In this document: positions 16,622-24,779 of the stretch, piece by piece | How positions within the stretch are numbered: position 1 is the first letter of the stretch | Layout: each line of letters starts with the position of its first letter | Virus record (IMG/VR): IMGVR_UViG_3300048630_000558 | Coordinates: 1-38,298 of that record | From: a virus | Taxonomy: Duplodnaviria > Caudoviricetes | Direction: 5' to 3' (one strand) | DNA: 38,298 nucleotides | The notes under the pieces: model-generated | Told to the model about the DNA's origin: nothing | Seen by the model: only the letters and a program-made list of their open reading frames with translations | Database searches by the model: none | Position numbers and translations under genes: made by a program

Positions 16622-17047
16622 ATGCGACTGATCATGCTCACCGGCCTGTCTGGCCCAGCCATCTGCTTGAGCCGTAACGATCCGCACGAACCGGACACGG
16701 ACGCAGAGGCGATCCGACTCATCGATGCCGGCTACGCGAGGGCTGAAGATCCAGAGGAAGAGAAGGCTGCGCGGGTAGCGTTGGCCGACCCCGCGTCGGC
16801 CGCTGAGAAGGCCGCGGTCGACGCGAAGGCCGCCGAAGAGGCGAAGGCCGCCGAAGAGGCGAAGGCCGCCGAAGAGGCGAAGGCCGCCGAAGAGGCGAAG
16901 GCCGCCGAAGAGGCGGAGGCCGCCGAAGAGGCGGAGGCCGCCGAAGAGGCGGAGGCCGCCGAAGAGGCGGAGGCTCAGCGGGGCGCAGCCGAAACCACCG
17001 CAGCCAAGGCGTCAACCGCAAAGCGAGCGGCGAAGAAGAAGGCCTGA
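16622..17047 (+). CDS. Hypothetical head-associated protein with AAEEAK/AAEEAE repeats
   Basis: RBS AAGGAG; EAIRLIDAGYA motif typical of the small gene after HK97 capsids. Confidence 0.75.
   Translation: MRLIMLTGLSGPAICLSRNDPHEPDTDAEAIRLIDAGYARAEDPEEEKAARVALADPASAAEKAAVDAKAAEEAKAAEEAKAAEEAKAAEEAKAAEEAEAAEEAEAAEEAEAAEEAEAQRGAAETTAAKASTAKRAAKKKA
16823..16974 (+). repeat. Coding 18-bp tandem repeat, 8 full copies plus a partial
   Basis: 5 x GCGAAGGCCGCCGAAGAG then 3 x GCGGAGGCCGCCGAAGAG. Confidence 0.95.
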
Positions 17048-17049
17048 AC

Positions 17050-17625
17050 ATGGGCTGGGCCGCGCCGATCACTGTTGCGGCGCCGACGGCCGAGCCGGTG
17101 TCGATAGAGGAGGCGAAGGAATTTCTCTCGATCGGCGTCGACGAAACAGACTTCGACGCCCTTCTGGGCAGCTTCGTCACAGCCGCGCGCGAGCAGCTCG
17201 AGGCGGTCACCGGAACGCGCCTGGCAGAGCAAGTGCTCGAACTTCGCGCCGACAGCTTCGCGGACCTTGCTCGTTTGCCGATCGGCCCGGCGAGGGGAGT
17301 AACGTCGATCGCATACGATGACGCCAACGGCGTGCAGCAAGTGGTCGCCCCGGCCGACTATGAGCTGTTCGGTGCCGGCCTCGAACAGGGTGTGCGCCCC
17401 GCGTTCGGCAAGACCTGGCCCGCCGGCGCGCTGCGTGCCGGAGCGGTTCGGGTCACCGCTACGATCGGCTATGAACAACTTCCGAAGCCGCTCTGGGCGG
17501 CGCTGTTGCTCATGACCGGCGACCTTTTCGCGAACCGCGAGACAGTCACCTCCTCGGCGTCGACAAAGATCCCGATGTCGATGCAGGTCGACGCGCTGAT
17601 CACGAACTACCGGATCTGGCTGTGA
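17050..17625 (+). CDS. Head-tail connector (gp6-like)
   Basis: EPVSIEEAKEFL...AAREQLE...LLMTGDLFANRE. Confidence 0.9.
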   Translation: MGWAAPITVAAPTAEPVSIEEAKEFLSIGVDETDFDALLGSFVTAAREQLEAVTGTRLAEQVLELRADSFADLARLPIGPARGVTSIAYDDANGVQQVVAPADYELFGAGLEQGVRPAFGKTWPAGALRAGAVRVTATIGYEQLPKPLWAALLLMTGDLFANRETVTSSASTKIPMSMQVDALITNYRIWL

Positions 17626-17954
17626 CGCCCGCGGGCAAGCGCGATCGGAAGATCGTCATCGAGCAGCGCGTTCCGGATGGCGAAGACTCGATGGGCGCGC
17701 CGATCGAGAGATGGATCGTCCTCGCCACGCCGATGGCCCGGGTCTTCTATGGGCGCGGCGACGAGCGACGCGAAGCTGCCCGCGAAGGGGCGAGCCAGGC
17801 AGCATCATTCGTCGTCCTTGCCACCGCGAAAACCCGCATCGTGAAGCCAATCGGGTTCCGGATCATCTTCGACGGGGCAACCTGGGACATCACTGCAGCA
17901 CCGCCAATCGGCCGCCGCGAGATCGAATTCACCGCAACACGGAGAGTATCATGA
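17622..17954 (+). CDS. Head closure / head-tail adaptor
   Basis: AGKRDRKIVIEQ...GAPIERW...RIIFDGATWDI; position. Confidence 0.88.
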   Translation: MTPAGKRDRKIVIEQRVPDGEDSMGAPIERWIVLATPMARVFYGRGDERREAAREGASQAASFVVLATAKTRIVKPIGFRIIFDGATWDITAAPPIGRREIEFTATRRVS

Positions 17955-18166
17955 AGGTCAAGACGCTTCGCGCGCACCAGAACCAGTTCGGTACGAAGTT
18001 CTCGAAGGCGGAGGGCGAAGAGTACGAGCACCCGAGCCCCGTCGCTGACATCAAGTTCGGGTACGTCGAGCCGGTCGCCGCAGCGACAACGAAGGGCCAC
18101 AGCCACGTCGATGGCGCCACCACTGGTGGCGACAGCAAGACGAACGGATCGGCCAAGAAAAAGTGA
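17951..18166 (+). CDS. Small hypothetical protein (71 aa)
   Basis: RBS GGAGAG; coupled at both ends. Confidence 0.65.
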   Translation: MKVKTLRAHQNQFGTKFSKAEGEEYEHPSPVADIKFGYVEPVAAATTKGHSHVDGATTGGDSKTNGSAKKK

Positions 18167-18564
18167 TCGCCGGCATCCAGCTCGCCGGCACCGAGGAGGC
18201 GCAGGCGAACATTCGTCGCATCGCTGCCCAAGTCGGCGATGCTCAGATGCGCGACTGGGCAGTCGAAGCGCTGGAACCTGTGGCCGAGGAAGCGCGCGGG
18301 ATCGTGCAGGTCGACCAGGGCACCGTTCGGGATGCAATCGAGGTCCGGGTGCGCCTTCCCGACGGCAGCGACCGCGAGTTCGACGGCAAGGCCGTCTTCG
18401 TGGGGGTCTTCGAACGCAACGCCTTCCACGCGTTCTTCCTCGAGTTCGGGACGATGCACATGCCTGCCTATCCCTTCATCACCCCGGCGTGGGACGCGCG
18501 GCAGGCCGAGGTTTTCGAGATCCTCGGCGAGCTGGCCGGACAAGCCATCGAGGGTGCGATCTGA
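18163..18564 (+). CDS. HK97 gp10-family neck/tail component
   Basis: FLEFGTMHMPAYPFITPAW motif. Confidence 0.9.
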   Translation: MIAGIQLAGTEEAQANIRRIAAQVGDAQMRDWAVEALEPVAEEARGIVQVDQGTVRDAIEVRVRLPDGSDREFDGKAVFVGVFERNAFHAFFLEFGTMHMPAYPFITPAWDARQAEVFEILGELAGQAIEGAI

Positions 18565-18565
18565 G

Positions 18566-18994
18566 ATGCGCGGCGACCTGCTGGCGCGGCTGCGCGCGGA
18601 TAACGGCGTCGCTGCCGTAGCGGGCACGATTCCGCTTGGCGCCGGCACGCGGCCGGCGGTCGACTGGCTCGAGCGGCAGTCCGACGAGGCCAGCGCGTTT
18701 CCGGCGGCCGTGTTGCAGGTGGTCTCAGGCGCCGGCGAGTACGACCAGGACGGGCCGTCCGGCCTCGAGTTCCGGCGCGTTCGCATCTGGTCGCACGGAC
18801 AAAGCCACGAAGAGGCGGATCGGCTGCGGCGCGCTTTGCGCGACGCGATCCAGGCGAGGGGCACCCACGGATCCACAAGGTTCGGGCCAGGCAAGCTGCT
18901 GCTCGAGCGCGACCTGCCGCCGGAAGACCTTCCGGGCGGCCTCAAGATCTATCGAATTGCCGAGGACTACGTGGTCCCGGCGGCGCCAGCATAG
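18566..18994 (+). CDS. Tail terminator/completion protein (DUF3168-like)
   Basis: DWLERQ...FPAAVLQVVSG; between gp10 and tail tube. Confidence 0.8.
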   Translation: MRGDLLARLRADNGVAAVAGTIPLGAGTRPAVDWLERQSDEASAFPAAVLQVVSGAGEYDQDGPSGLEFRRVRIWSHGQSHEEADRLRRALRDAIQARGTHGSTRFGPGKLLLERDLPPEDLPGGLKIYRIAEDYVVPAAPA

Positions 18995-19004
18995 GAGACG
19001 AGTT

Positions 19005-19445
19005 ATGGCTGAAGGCGACGGCGTACTGAGTGACGGCACCGAGCTCCACTTCACCGATCAGGGGGGCACGCTGACGAAGGTGAAGGGGCTGATGAATGTG
19101 AATCGGCCGACCCTGTCGGTCGCGAAGGTCGAAAACACCGACCACGACAGCGGCGGCACGAAGAGCTACATTCCGGGGCACGGCGACGTCGGCGAGCTGC
19201 AGGCCACGATCAAGTACGAGCCGGGCAGCCCGACGGACCTGCTGATTCTCGAGCACCTCGCCAGCAAGGAAAAGCGGCCGTTCAAGATCGTGACGCCGGA
19301 ACCCGACGGGACGACGCAGGACAACACCGGCACGGTGTTCCTGATGACCTACGTCCCCGACAACGCTCCGTTGGGCGGCGTACGCACGGCGACGGTCACC
19401 GGGCAGCCCGGGCCGATCACCCAGGCCGACACGGTGGCGCCGTAA
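19005..19445 (+). CDS. Major tail tube protein
   Basis: RBS AGGAG; VENTDHDSGGTKSYIPGHGDVGE motif. Confidence 0.85.
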   Translation: MAEGDGVLSDGTELHFTDQGGTLTKVKGLMNVNRPTLSVAKVENTDHDSGGTKSYIPGHGDVGELQATIKYEPGSPTDLLILEHLASKEKRPFKIVTPEPDGTTQDNTGTVFLMTYVPDNAPLGGVRTATVTGQPGPITQADTVAP

Positions 19446-19921
19446 TGGGCGCGCGCAGCAACCCGCTGAAGGGGGAAGCGGAATTCACCTACGGCGGCCA
19501 GGTTTTCCGCGTGTCGCTCAACAATCGCGCCTGGATCGAAGCCGAGGAGGTACTCGGATATTCGATGCTCGACGTGATCGAGGAGTTGAAGGCAGCGCTC
19601 GACGCAGGCCGCAATCCCAAGATCAAGCACATGGTCGCGCTGATGTACGGCGGACTGGTCCAGAACCATCCCGACATCACCGAGGACGATGCGCTCGACA
19701 TGGTGTTCTCCGGCGATCCCGGGGTGAAGAAGGGCCTCCTCGCCGCGATCGCCGGCGCACAGCCGCCCGAGGTCACCGAGGATGACGACGAGGCCGAGAC
19801 GGCGGGAAACGCGTCGGCGCCGGTGGCGGCCAAGGGTGGAACTGGGAAGAAGTCTTCCGCACCTGGTGCCAAGCCGGTTTCGACCCGCAAGGCTTCTGGC
19901 TCGAAACGCCGCGCTCGGTAA
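19445..19921 (+). CDS. Tail assembly chaperone (gpG-like)
   Basis: NPLKGEA start; between tube and tape measure; contains slippery G GGA AAC at 19804-19810. Confidence 0.85.
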   Translation: MGARSNPLKGEAEFTYGGQVFRVSLNNRAWIEAEEVLGYSMLDVIEELKAALDAGRNPKIKHMVALMYGGLVQNHPDITEDDALDMVFSGDPGVKKGLLAAIAGAQPPEVTEDDDEAETAGNASAPVAAKGGTGKKSSAPGAKPVSTRKASGSKRRAR

Positions 19922-20172
19922 TCCTTGCTCTCTGGGGCGCGCGGAGGCGGGCCCGAGAGGCGTACCAGGTCGCCATCACGAATGCGTGGCTGGCCGGCAA
20001 GCTCAGTCAGGCCGATCCGAGCCCCGACAAGTATCCGAAACTCGAGGACCTGCTCCGCGACGAGAAGCCGCGGCAGACGCCGCCAACGCAGGCTGAAGCG
20101 CAGCAGAATGCGCGGGCCTGGGGTGTGGCGCTGCAGGTGATGAACAGGCGGGCCGCGAAAGCGAGGGAGTGA
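19810..20172 (+). CDS. -1 frameshift extension of the tail chaperone (gpT-like)
   Basis: Startless open -1 frame RVGAGGGQGWNWEEVFRTWCQAGFDPQGFWLETPRS...AKARE* with the FW..TP motif; ends at the tape measure start. Confidence 0.85.
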   Translation, partial: RVGAGGGQGWNWEEVFRTWCQAGFDPQGFWLETPRSVILALWGARRRAREAYQVAITNAWLAGKLSQADPSPDKYPKLEDLLRDEKPRQTPPTQAEAQQNARAWGVALQVMNRRAAKARE

Positions 20173-23123
20173 CGCAGATGGGCGTGATTGCCTCGCTCAG
20201 CGCTGCATTGCGCTGGGATCTCGACGACTTCGATCGTGGGACGGCCCATATCGAAGGGACGTTCGGGCGCATCCGGGACTTCGCGGTCGGGATTTCAGAC
20301 GCAATGGTCGCCGCCGGCCGGCGCATGACGCTTGGCATCACGCTCCCGCTCGCCGGCCTCGCGACTTACACCGTCAAGGCCGCCTCCGACGCCGAGGAGC
20401 TGCAGTCGGCGTTCGACTATACCTTTGGCGCGATGGCCGAGACCATGAACGAGTGGGCCGTCGCCACCGGCGACGCCATGGGGCGGTCGACCCAGGAGAT
20501 GCAGCAGGGTGCGCTTGCATTGGGTGCACTATTCAATGCTGCAGCGCCGACACGCCAAGCAGCGGCCGAACTGTCTAAAGAATTCGCGGTGCTCGCCCAG
20601 GATGCCGCGTCCTTTTTCAACGAGCCCTCCTACGACGCGGCTCTCGAGCGCATTCGTTCTGGGTTAGTCGGAGAAGCCGAACCGCTGCGGAAGTACGGCG
20701 TCTTCCTTTCGGAAGCGGCAGTCGAGGCAAAAGCGCTCGAGATCGGACTGATCAACGAGGGTCAGGCGCTCAACGAGAACGGAAAGATCATGGCGCGCGC
20801 CGCCCTGATCTCCGAAGCTCTAGCTGATGCAAAGGACGACGTCATCCGGACGTCCGACAGTCTTGCCAATCGGACGCGAGCGATGACCGCCGAATGGCAG
20901 GAGCTCCGCGTCGAACTGGGCGAGCTGCTGATACCGACGTTCAAATCGCTGGTCGAAGTCACCAAGCAGGCTGTCGTCTGGTTCAAGGATCTGCCGGAAG
21001 GGGTGAAGCGCGGAATCGTCACCTTCGCGATGTTCGCGGCCGCGGCCGGGCCGGTTCTGATCGCGCTCACGACGCTGGCGAAGGTCATACTGCCCCTGTT
21101 GCTGGTCAACATGGGACCGCTGTTCCTCGCCATCAGCGCCATCATCAATCCGCTCGGCACGCTAGTCGTGGTGGCGGGCAAGCTTTTCGTCGAGTTCGGC
21201 GGGATTGGCGCAGCTTTGTCGCGGCTGCTACCGCTCTTTCTCCGCTTCGCCGGACCGGTCGGCGCAGCGATCGCGATCTTCCTGCTGTTCAAGGACACGA
21301 TCGTCGACGCGCTCGAGTGGGTGTGGGATTTCGCCAAGAAAGCTCTGGGCAACGAGATACAGGAGCATTTCTCGACGATGGCGAGCCTCGCCCGCGCACT
21401 CTTGCGCGCGTGGGACGCTCTGGCCGGCAGCAAGCTGGGCCAGGGTCTCGGCGAGCTGCTCGATATGGTTCGCGCTCTGGCCGAGTACCTGATCAAGTTC
21501 TTCGGGAGCGCGGTGGTGATCGCGATCGAGGTCGTGATCGACGCGCTGGTCTGGTTCCTCAACGTCGCGACCAACGTCATCAATGCGATCGCGGCGCTGA
21601 TCGATGGCGACTGGGCCGGCGCGTGGTTCCATATCGGGAAGGTCGCAGGTGACACGATGCTGTTGCTTGCAGACTGGATCGATTGGATCGTTCCGCAATT
21701 GGCGTTTTTTCTTCGCATGATGGCTAAGGCCTTCGGAAGCGAAATGCCGAAAATCGGTGATGCGCCTGGCAACAGCAACGAGCCGGCGAACGTGGGCAGT
21801 GGTGGAAACCCTTACGCGGACGGAAACTATGCGGCCCCCGGCAGCGGCTCGACCAAGCGTCGGCGCGGTAGATCCGGACCGACCGAAGAAGAGCTCGCCG
21901 ATCGCCGCGAAGAAATCCGGCTTGAGCACGAGCTCGCCGTTGCACGCGAGCGCGGCGATATCGAGGCTGTCCGCCGCCTCGAGCGCGAACTCGACCTGAA
22001 GGACCAGATCGATCGCTACGAGCGCGCTGGCCTCGACAAGGCGCAAGCCCGGGCGGCAGCCGAGAAGAACTTGCTCGAGCTCGACCAGGCGCGAGCGGAA
22101 GCGCGCGCGATAGAGATCGCCCAGGACGAACGCTCGTTCGACATGCAGCTCGCCGAACTGCGCGGCGACTATGAGCACCTTCGGGCGCTGGAGGACGAGG
22201 AGTTTCTCGAGAAGGAGATTCTCAAGTTCCGCAACCAGAACCTCGAGCTGGCTGAAGCTGAGGCGAAAGCCCAGCAGCGGCTCCTGAACCTCGAAGAGGC
22301 GCGTGCAGAACAGTCGGCCCGTAGGGCGGCCGACGCGGCGCTCGCCCACGACATCGAGCTCGCGCGCCTTCGCGGCGACTTCGACCAAGCCGACCGCCTC
22401 TACGAGCTCGGACGCATCCGCGATCGCACGAATGAGCTGCGCGCCGATGGCATGAATGAGGCGGATGCTCGGGCGCAGGCGATGCGCGAGGCCGCCGATC
22501 GATCGCAGGCGCACCTGCAGGGAAGCTTCCGCGATGCTTTCCGGAGCGGCCTTCGTGCGGCGCTCGACGGGGATCTGAAGGGCTTCTTCAAGAACTGGCT
22601 CGAGGATGCGAGCTTCAACGCTCTGTCCCGCGTGCTCGACCGCCTGGCGGACAATCTCGCGAACCTGATTTCCGGCCAGCGCGGAGGGGGTTTGCTGGGC
22701 TCGATCTTCAGCTTCGTCACCGGCGTTGCGGGCGCGGTCGGCGGTGGTTCCGCGCACGGCGTTGGAAACGCTGTTGGTAGCGGTCACACCAACAGCCTTC
22801 CGCGCTTCAACACCGGCGGTTGGGGCCGAATCAAGGGCTTCTCGGGCATCGACCAGAACGTCCTGTCACTCAACGGCAATCCGATCGCCCGCGTCAGCGA
22901 CGGCGAACTGCTCAACGTCAGCAAAGGTGAGCCGGGCGGCAGTGGTGGCGGCGAGCTTGTCGTGCGTCTCGGGCCCGGGCTCGAAGCCGAGTGGTTGAGA
23001 AAGAGCGCGGGGCAAACGGTGGAGATCATGAAGGCCACGATGCCCGGCATGATGGAAACCACCTCGGCCAAGACGCGGCGCGATGCCGCTCGGCCGGTGA
23101 CACCCGGAGGTCGTACCGGCTGA
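20169..23123 (+). CDS. Tape measure protein (start may be ATG 20178)
   Basis: 984 aa Ala-rich helical protein, GRRMTLGITLPL, GEAEPLRKYGV, hydrophobic middle region, LPRFNTGG. Confidence 0.93.
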   Translation: MTQMGVIASLSAALRWDLDDFDRGTAHIEGTFGRIRDFAVGISDAMVAAGRRMTLGITLPLAGLATYTVKAASDAEELQSAFDYTFGAMAETMNEWAVATGDAMGRSTQEMQQGALALGALFNAAAPTRQAAAELSKEFAVLAQDAASFFNEPSYDAALERIRSGLVGEAEPLRKYGVFLSEAAVEAKALEIGLINEGQALNENGKIMARAALISEALADAKDDVIRTSDSLANRTRAMTAEWQELRVELGELLIPTFKSLVEVTKQAVVWFKDLPEGVKRGIVTFAMFAAAAGPVLIALTTLAKVILPLLLVNMGPLFLAISAIINPLGTLVVVAGKLFVEFGGIGAALSRLLPLFLRFAGPVGAAIAIFLLFKDTIVDALEWVWDFAKKALGNEIQEHFSTMASLARALLRAWDALAGSKLGQGLGELLDMVRALAEYLIKFFGSAVVIAIEVVIDALVWFLNVATNVINAIAALIDGDWAGAWFHIGKVAGDTMLLLADWIDWIVPQLAFFLRMMAKAFGSEMPKIGDAPGNSNEPANVGSGGNPYADGNYAAPGSGSTKRRRGRSGPTEEELADRREEIRLEHELAVARERGDIEAVRRLERELDLKDQIDRYERAGLDKAQARAAAEKNLLELDQARAEARAIEIAQDERSFDMQLAELRGDYEHLRALEDEEFLEKEILKFRNQNLELAEAEAKAQQRLLNLEEARAEQSARRAADAALAHDIELARLRGDFDQADRLYELGRIRDRTNELRADGMNEADARAQAMREAADRSQAHLQGSFRDAFRSGLRAALDGDLKGFFKNWLEDASFNALSRVLDRLADNLANLISGQRGGGLLGSIFSFVTGVAGAVGGGSAHGVGNAVGSGHTNSLPRFNTGGWGRIKGFSGIDQNVLSLNGNPIARVSDGELLNVSKGEPGGSGGGELVVRLGPGLEAEWLRKSAGQTVEIMKATMPGMMETTSAKTRRDAARPVTPGGRTG

Positions 23124-23713
23124 TGGCGATCGTTCCTTACCCGGCACTCCCCCAGCATCAAGTGGTGGAACTGCAGCCGATCGCCGGGGCGTTCATCAAC
23201 ACGTCCGTGCTCTCGCATGCCCGCCAGGCGAACGATCTGGGGTATTCTTGGTGGGTGGCGAGCGTCACTGTCGCGGCGATGGAGATCGCCAGCGCGCGCG
23301 CCTGGAGACTTTTTTTCGGCCGATTGCGGGGGCCGGTGCACAAGTTTCGCGTGCCGGTGGTCTCGGCCCCGCAGCATAGTGGCAGCTTCACGGCGCGGGC
23401 GCAGGGTACGGGCAGCGGGTACTCCCTCGTCACCGATGGCTGGCCTGCTTCGACCACTCCACTGCTGGGCGGCGACTATGTCACGGTAGGCGACCAGCTG
23501 ATGGTCCTGGATGCGGACGTGAACGTGGATGCCGCTGGCGTCGCGAATCTCCAGTTCCATTCCCCTTTGCGGGGAACCGTGGCCGACAACACCGTCATCA
23601 CGACGAAGTGGCCGTTCCTCATGGCCTACCTGCCCGAAGGCTCGCCTGCGCTCGCGCTGAACACGGCGCAGCTGCAGGAGGGCTTCGGCTACTCCGCGAT
23701 CGAGGCTTACTGA
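23123..23713 (+). CDS. Distal tail protein (putative)
   Basis: Directly after the tape measure; WRLFFGRLRGP, GDYVTVGDQL. Confidence 0.7.
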   Translation: MAIVPYPALPQHQVVELQPIAGAFINTSVLSHARQANDLGYSWWVASVTVAAMEIASARAWRLFFGRLRGPVHKFRVPVVSAPQHSGSFTARAQGTGSGYSLVTDGWPASTTPLLGGDYVTVGDQLMVLDADVNVDAAGVANLQFHSPLRGTVADNTVITTKWPFLMAYLPEGSPALALNTAQLQEGFGYSAIEAY

Positions 23714-24381
23714 TGGACGCCGCGACGCTGCAGGCTCTCGGCCAGGAAATTGTCTACACCCAGTGGTTTGCGTGGATCGACATCGTCGACGATCCGCTGC
23801 GCGCGGTCAGCGGGGTGCAGGATATCGCCTTCGCGCCCGGAGATACCGGCGATCCGGACCTGGACGGCCACACCTTTCGCGCGATCCCGAGCGATCTGAT
23901 CGACGTCAGCGACGTGCAGCACAGCGAAACCGGGTCCGAGACGGTGACCGCGCGGCTATCGGGCCTGCCGATCGAGAATGCCGATCTGCTCGACATCGTC
24001 GGGCAGAAATCGAAGTGGCGAAAGCGCGAGGCGCGCCTGTGGTTTCGCGTGCTCGAGCCGGTGGCGTTCGGTGCCGGCGGGCAGCCGGTGCAGTTCCAGC
24101 CCCTGCCGATCCACCGCTATTACAGCGGCTTCCTCGTCAACATGATCGTCGAGACCGGCGACGACGCGCAGACCATCATCGCGAGCATCGAGAACTATCA
24201 GGCCGCGCTGAGCGAAGGCTTGGGCCTGACCTACCTGCACCAGTCCGAGTTCGACCCCGGCGATCGCAGCGCAGAGCAGACGCTCGCGGCGGCGAACGGG
24301 ATGCGGAAGGCCGGTGTGCGCGGCGGGCCCGGCGGTGGCGGCGGGGTGCCGTGGCGCCGTTCGCGTGAGGTCCACAAATGA
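23713..24381 (+). CDS. Tail hub / minor tail protein (putative)
   Basis: Position; TARLSG and QSEFDPGDRS motifs; coupled at both ends. Confidence 0.65.
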   Translation: MDAATLQALGQEIVYTQWFAWIDIVDDPLRAVSGVQDIAFAPGDTGDPDLDGHTFRAIPSDLIDVSDVQHSETGSETVTARLSGLPIENADLLDIVGQKSKWRKREARLWFRVLEPVAFGAGGQPVQFQPLPIHRYYSGFLVNMIVETGDDAQTIIASIENYQAALSEGLGLTYLHQSEFDPGDRSAEQTLAAANGMRKAGVRGGPGGGGGVPWRRSREVHK

Positions 24382-24779
24382 GCGCGCGCCTGCCGAATTG
24401 GGAGAACCGCCTGGCGGCAACGGTCGCGGAGTGGCGCGCGCGGCCGTTCCGGTGGGACCGCGACTGCGCGCGGTGGGCCGCGGCCTGCGTGATCGCGCAG
24501 ACGGGCGAAGATCCGCTCGCCGATCTGCGCGGCCGTTATCGAACGAAGCGCGAGGCTCTGCAGCTTCTTGCGGAGAAACCGATGCGCGATCGCCTCGACG
24601 AAAGGCTGCCTCGGGTCCACTCGGCCTTCGCGCAGCGCGGAGACGTCGCGCTTGCGCAGGACAGCTGCCTGGGCGTCGTCATGGGGGGCGAGGCGCTGTT
24701 CTTCTCTGCCGAGGGCGGGATGATCGCGCTGCCGCGCAGCGCGTGGTCCGGTGCCTGGGGAGTCGGGCGCGATGGGTAA
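24378..24779 (+). CDS. DUF6950 / NlpC-P60-like tail assembly protein
   Basis: RLPNWENRL...PFRWDRDCARWAAAC...TGED...AQRGDV. Confidence 0.8.
   Translation: MSARLPNWENRLAATVAEWRARPFRWDRDCARWAAACVIAQTGEDPLADLRGRYRTKREALQLLAEKPMRDRLDERLPRVHSAFAQRGDVALAQDSCLGVVMGGEALFFSAEGGMIALPRSAWSGAWGVGRDG

Noticed and set aside
14992-16722. Long antisense ORFs (576 aa here; also 11157-12560, 21228-22787, 24679-25920 and others)
   Set aside because: Shadows of well-supported plus-strand structural genes in GC-rich DNA; no motifs
16823-16974. Possible CRISPR array
   Set aside because: Head-to-tail repeats with no spacers, in frame within a CDS, and no cas genes
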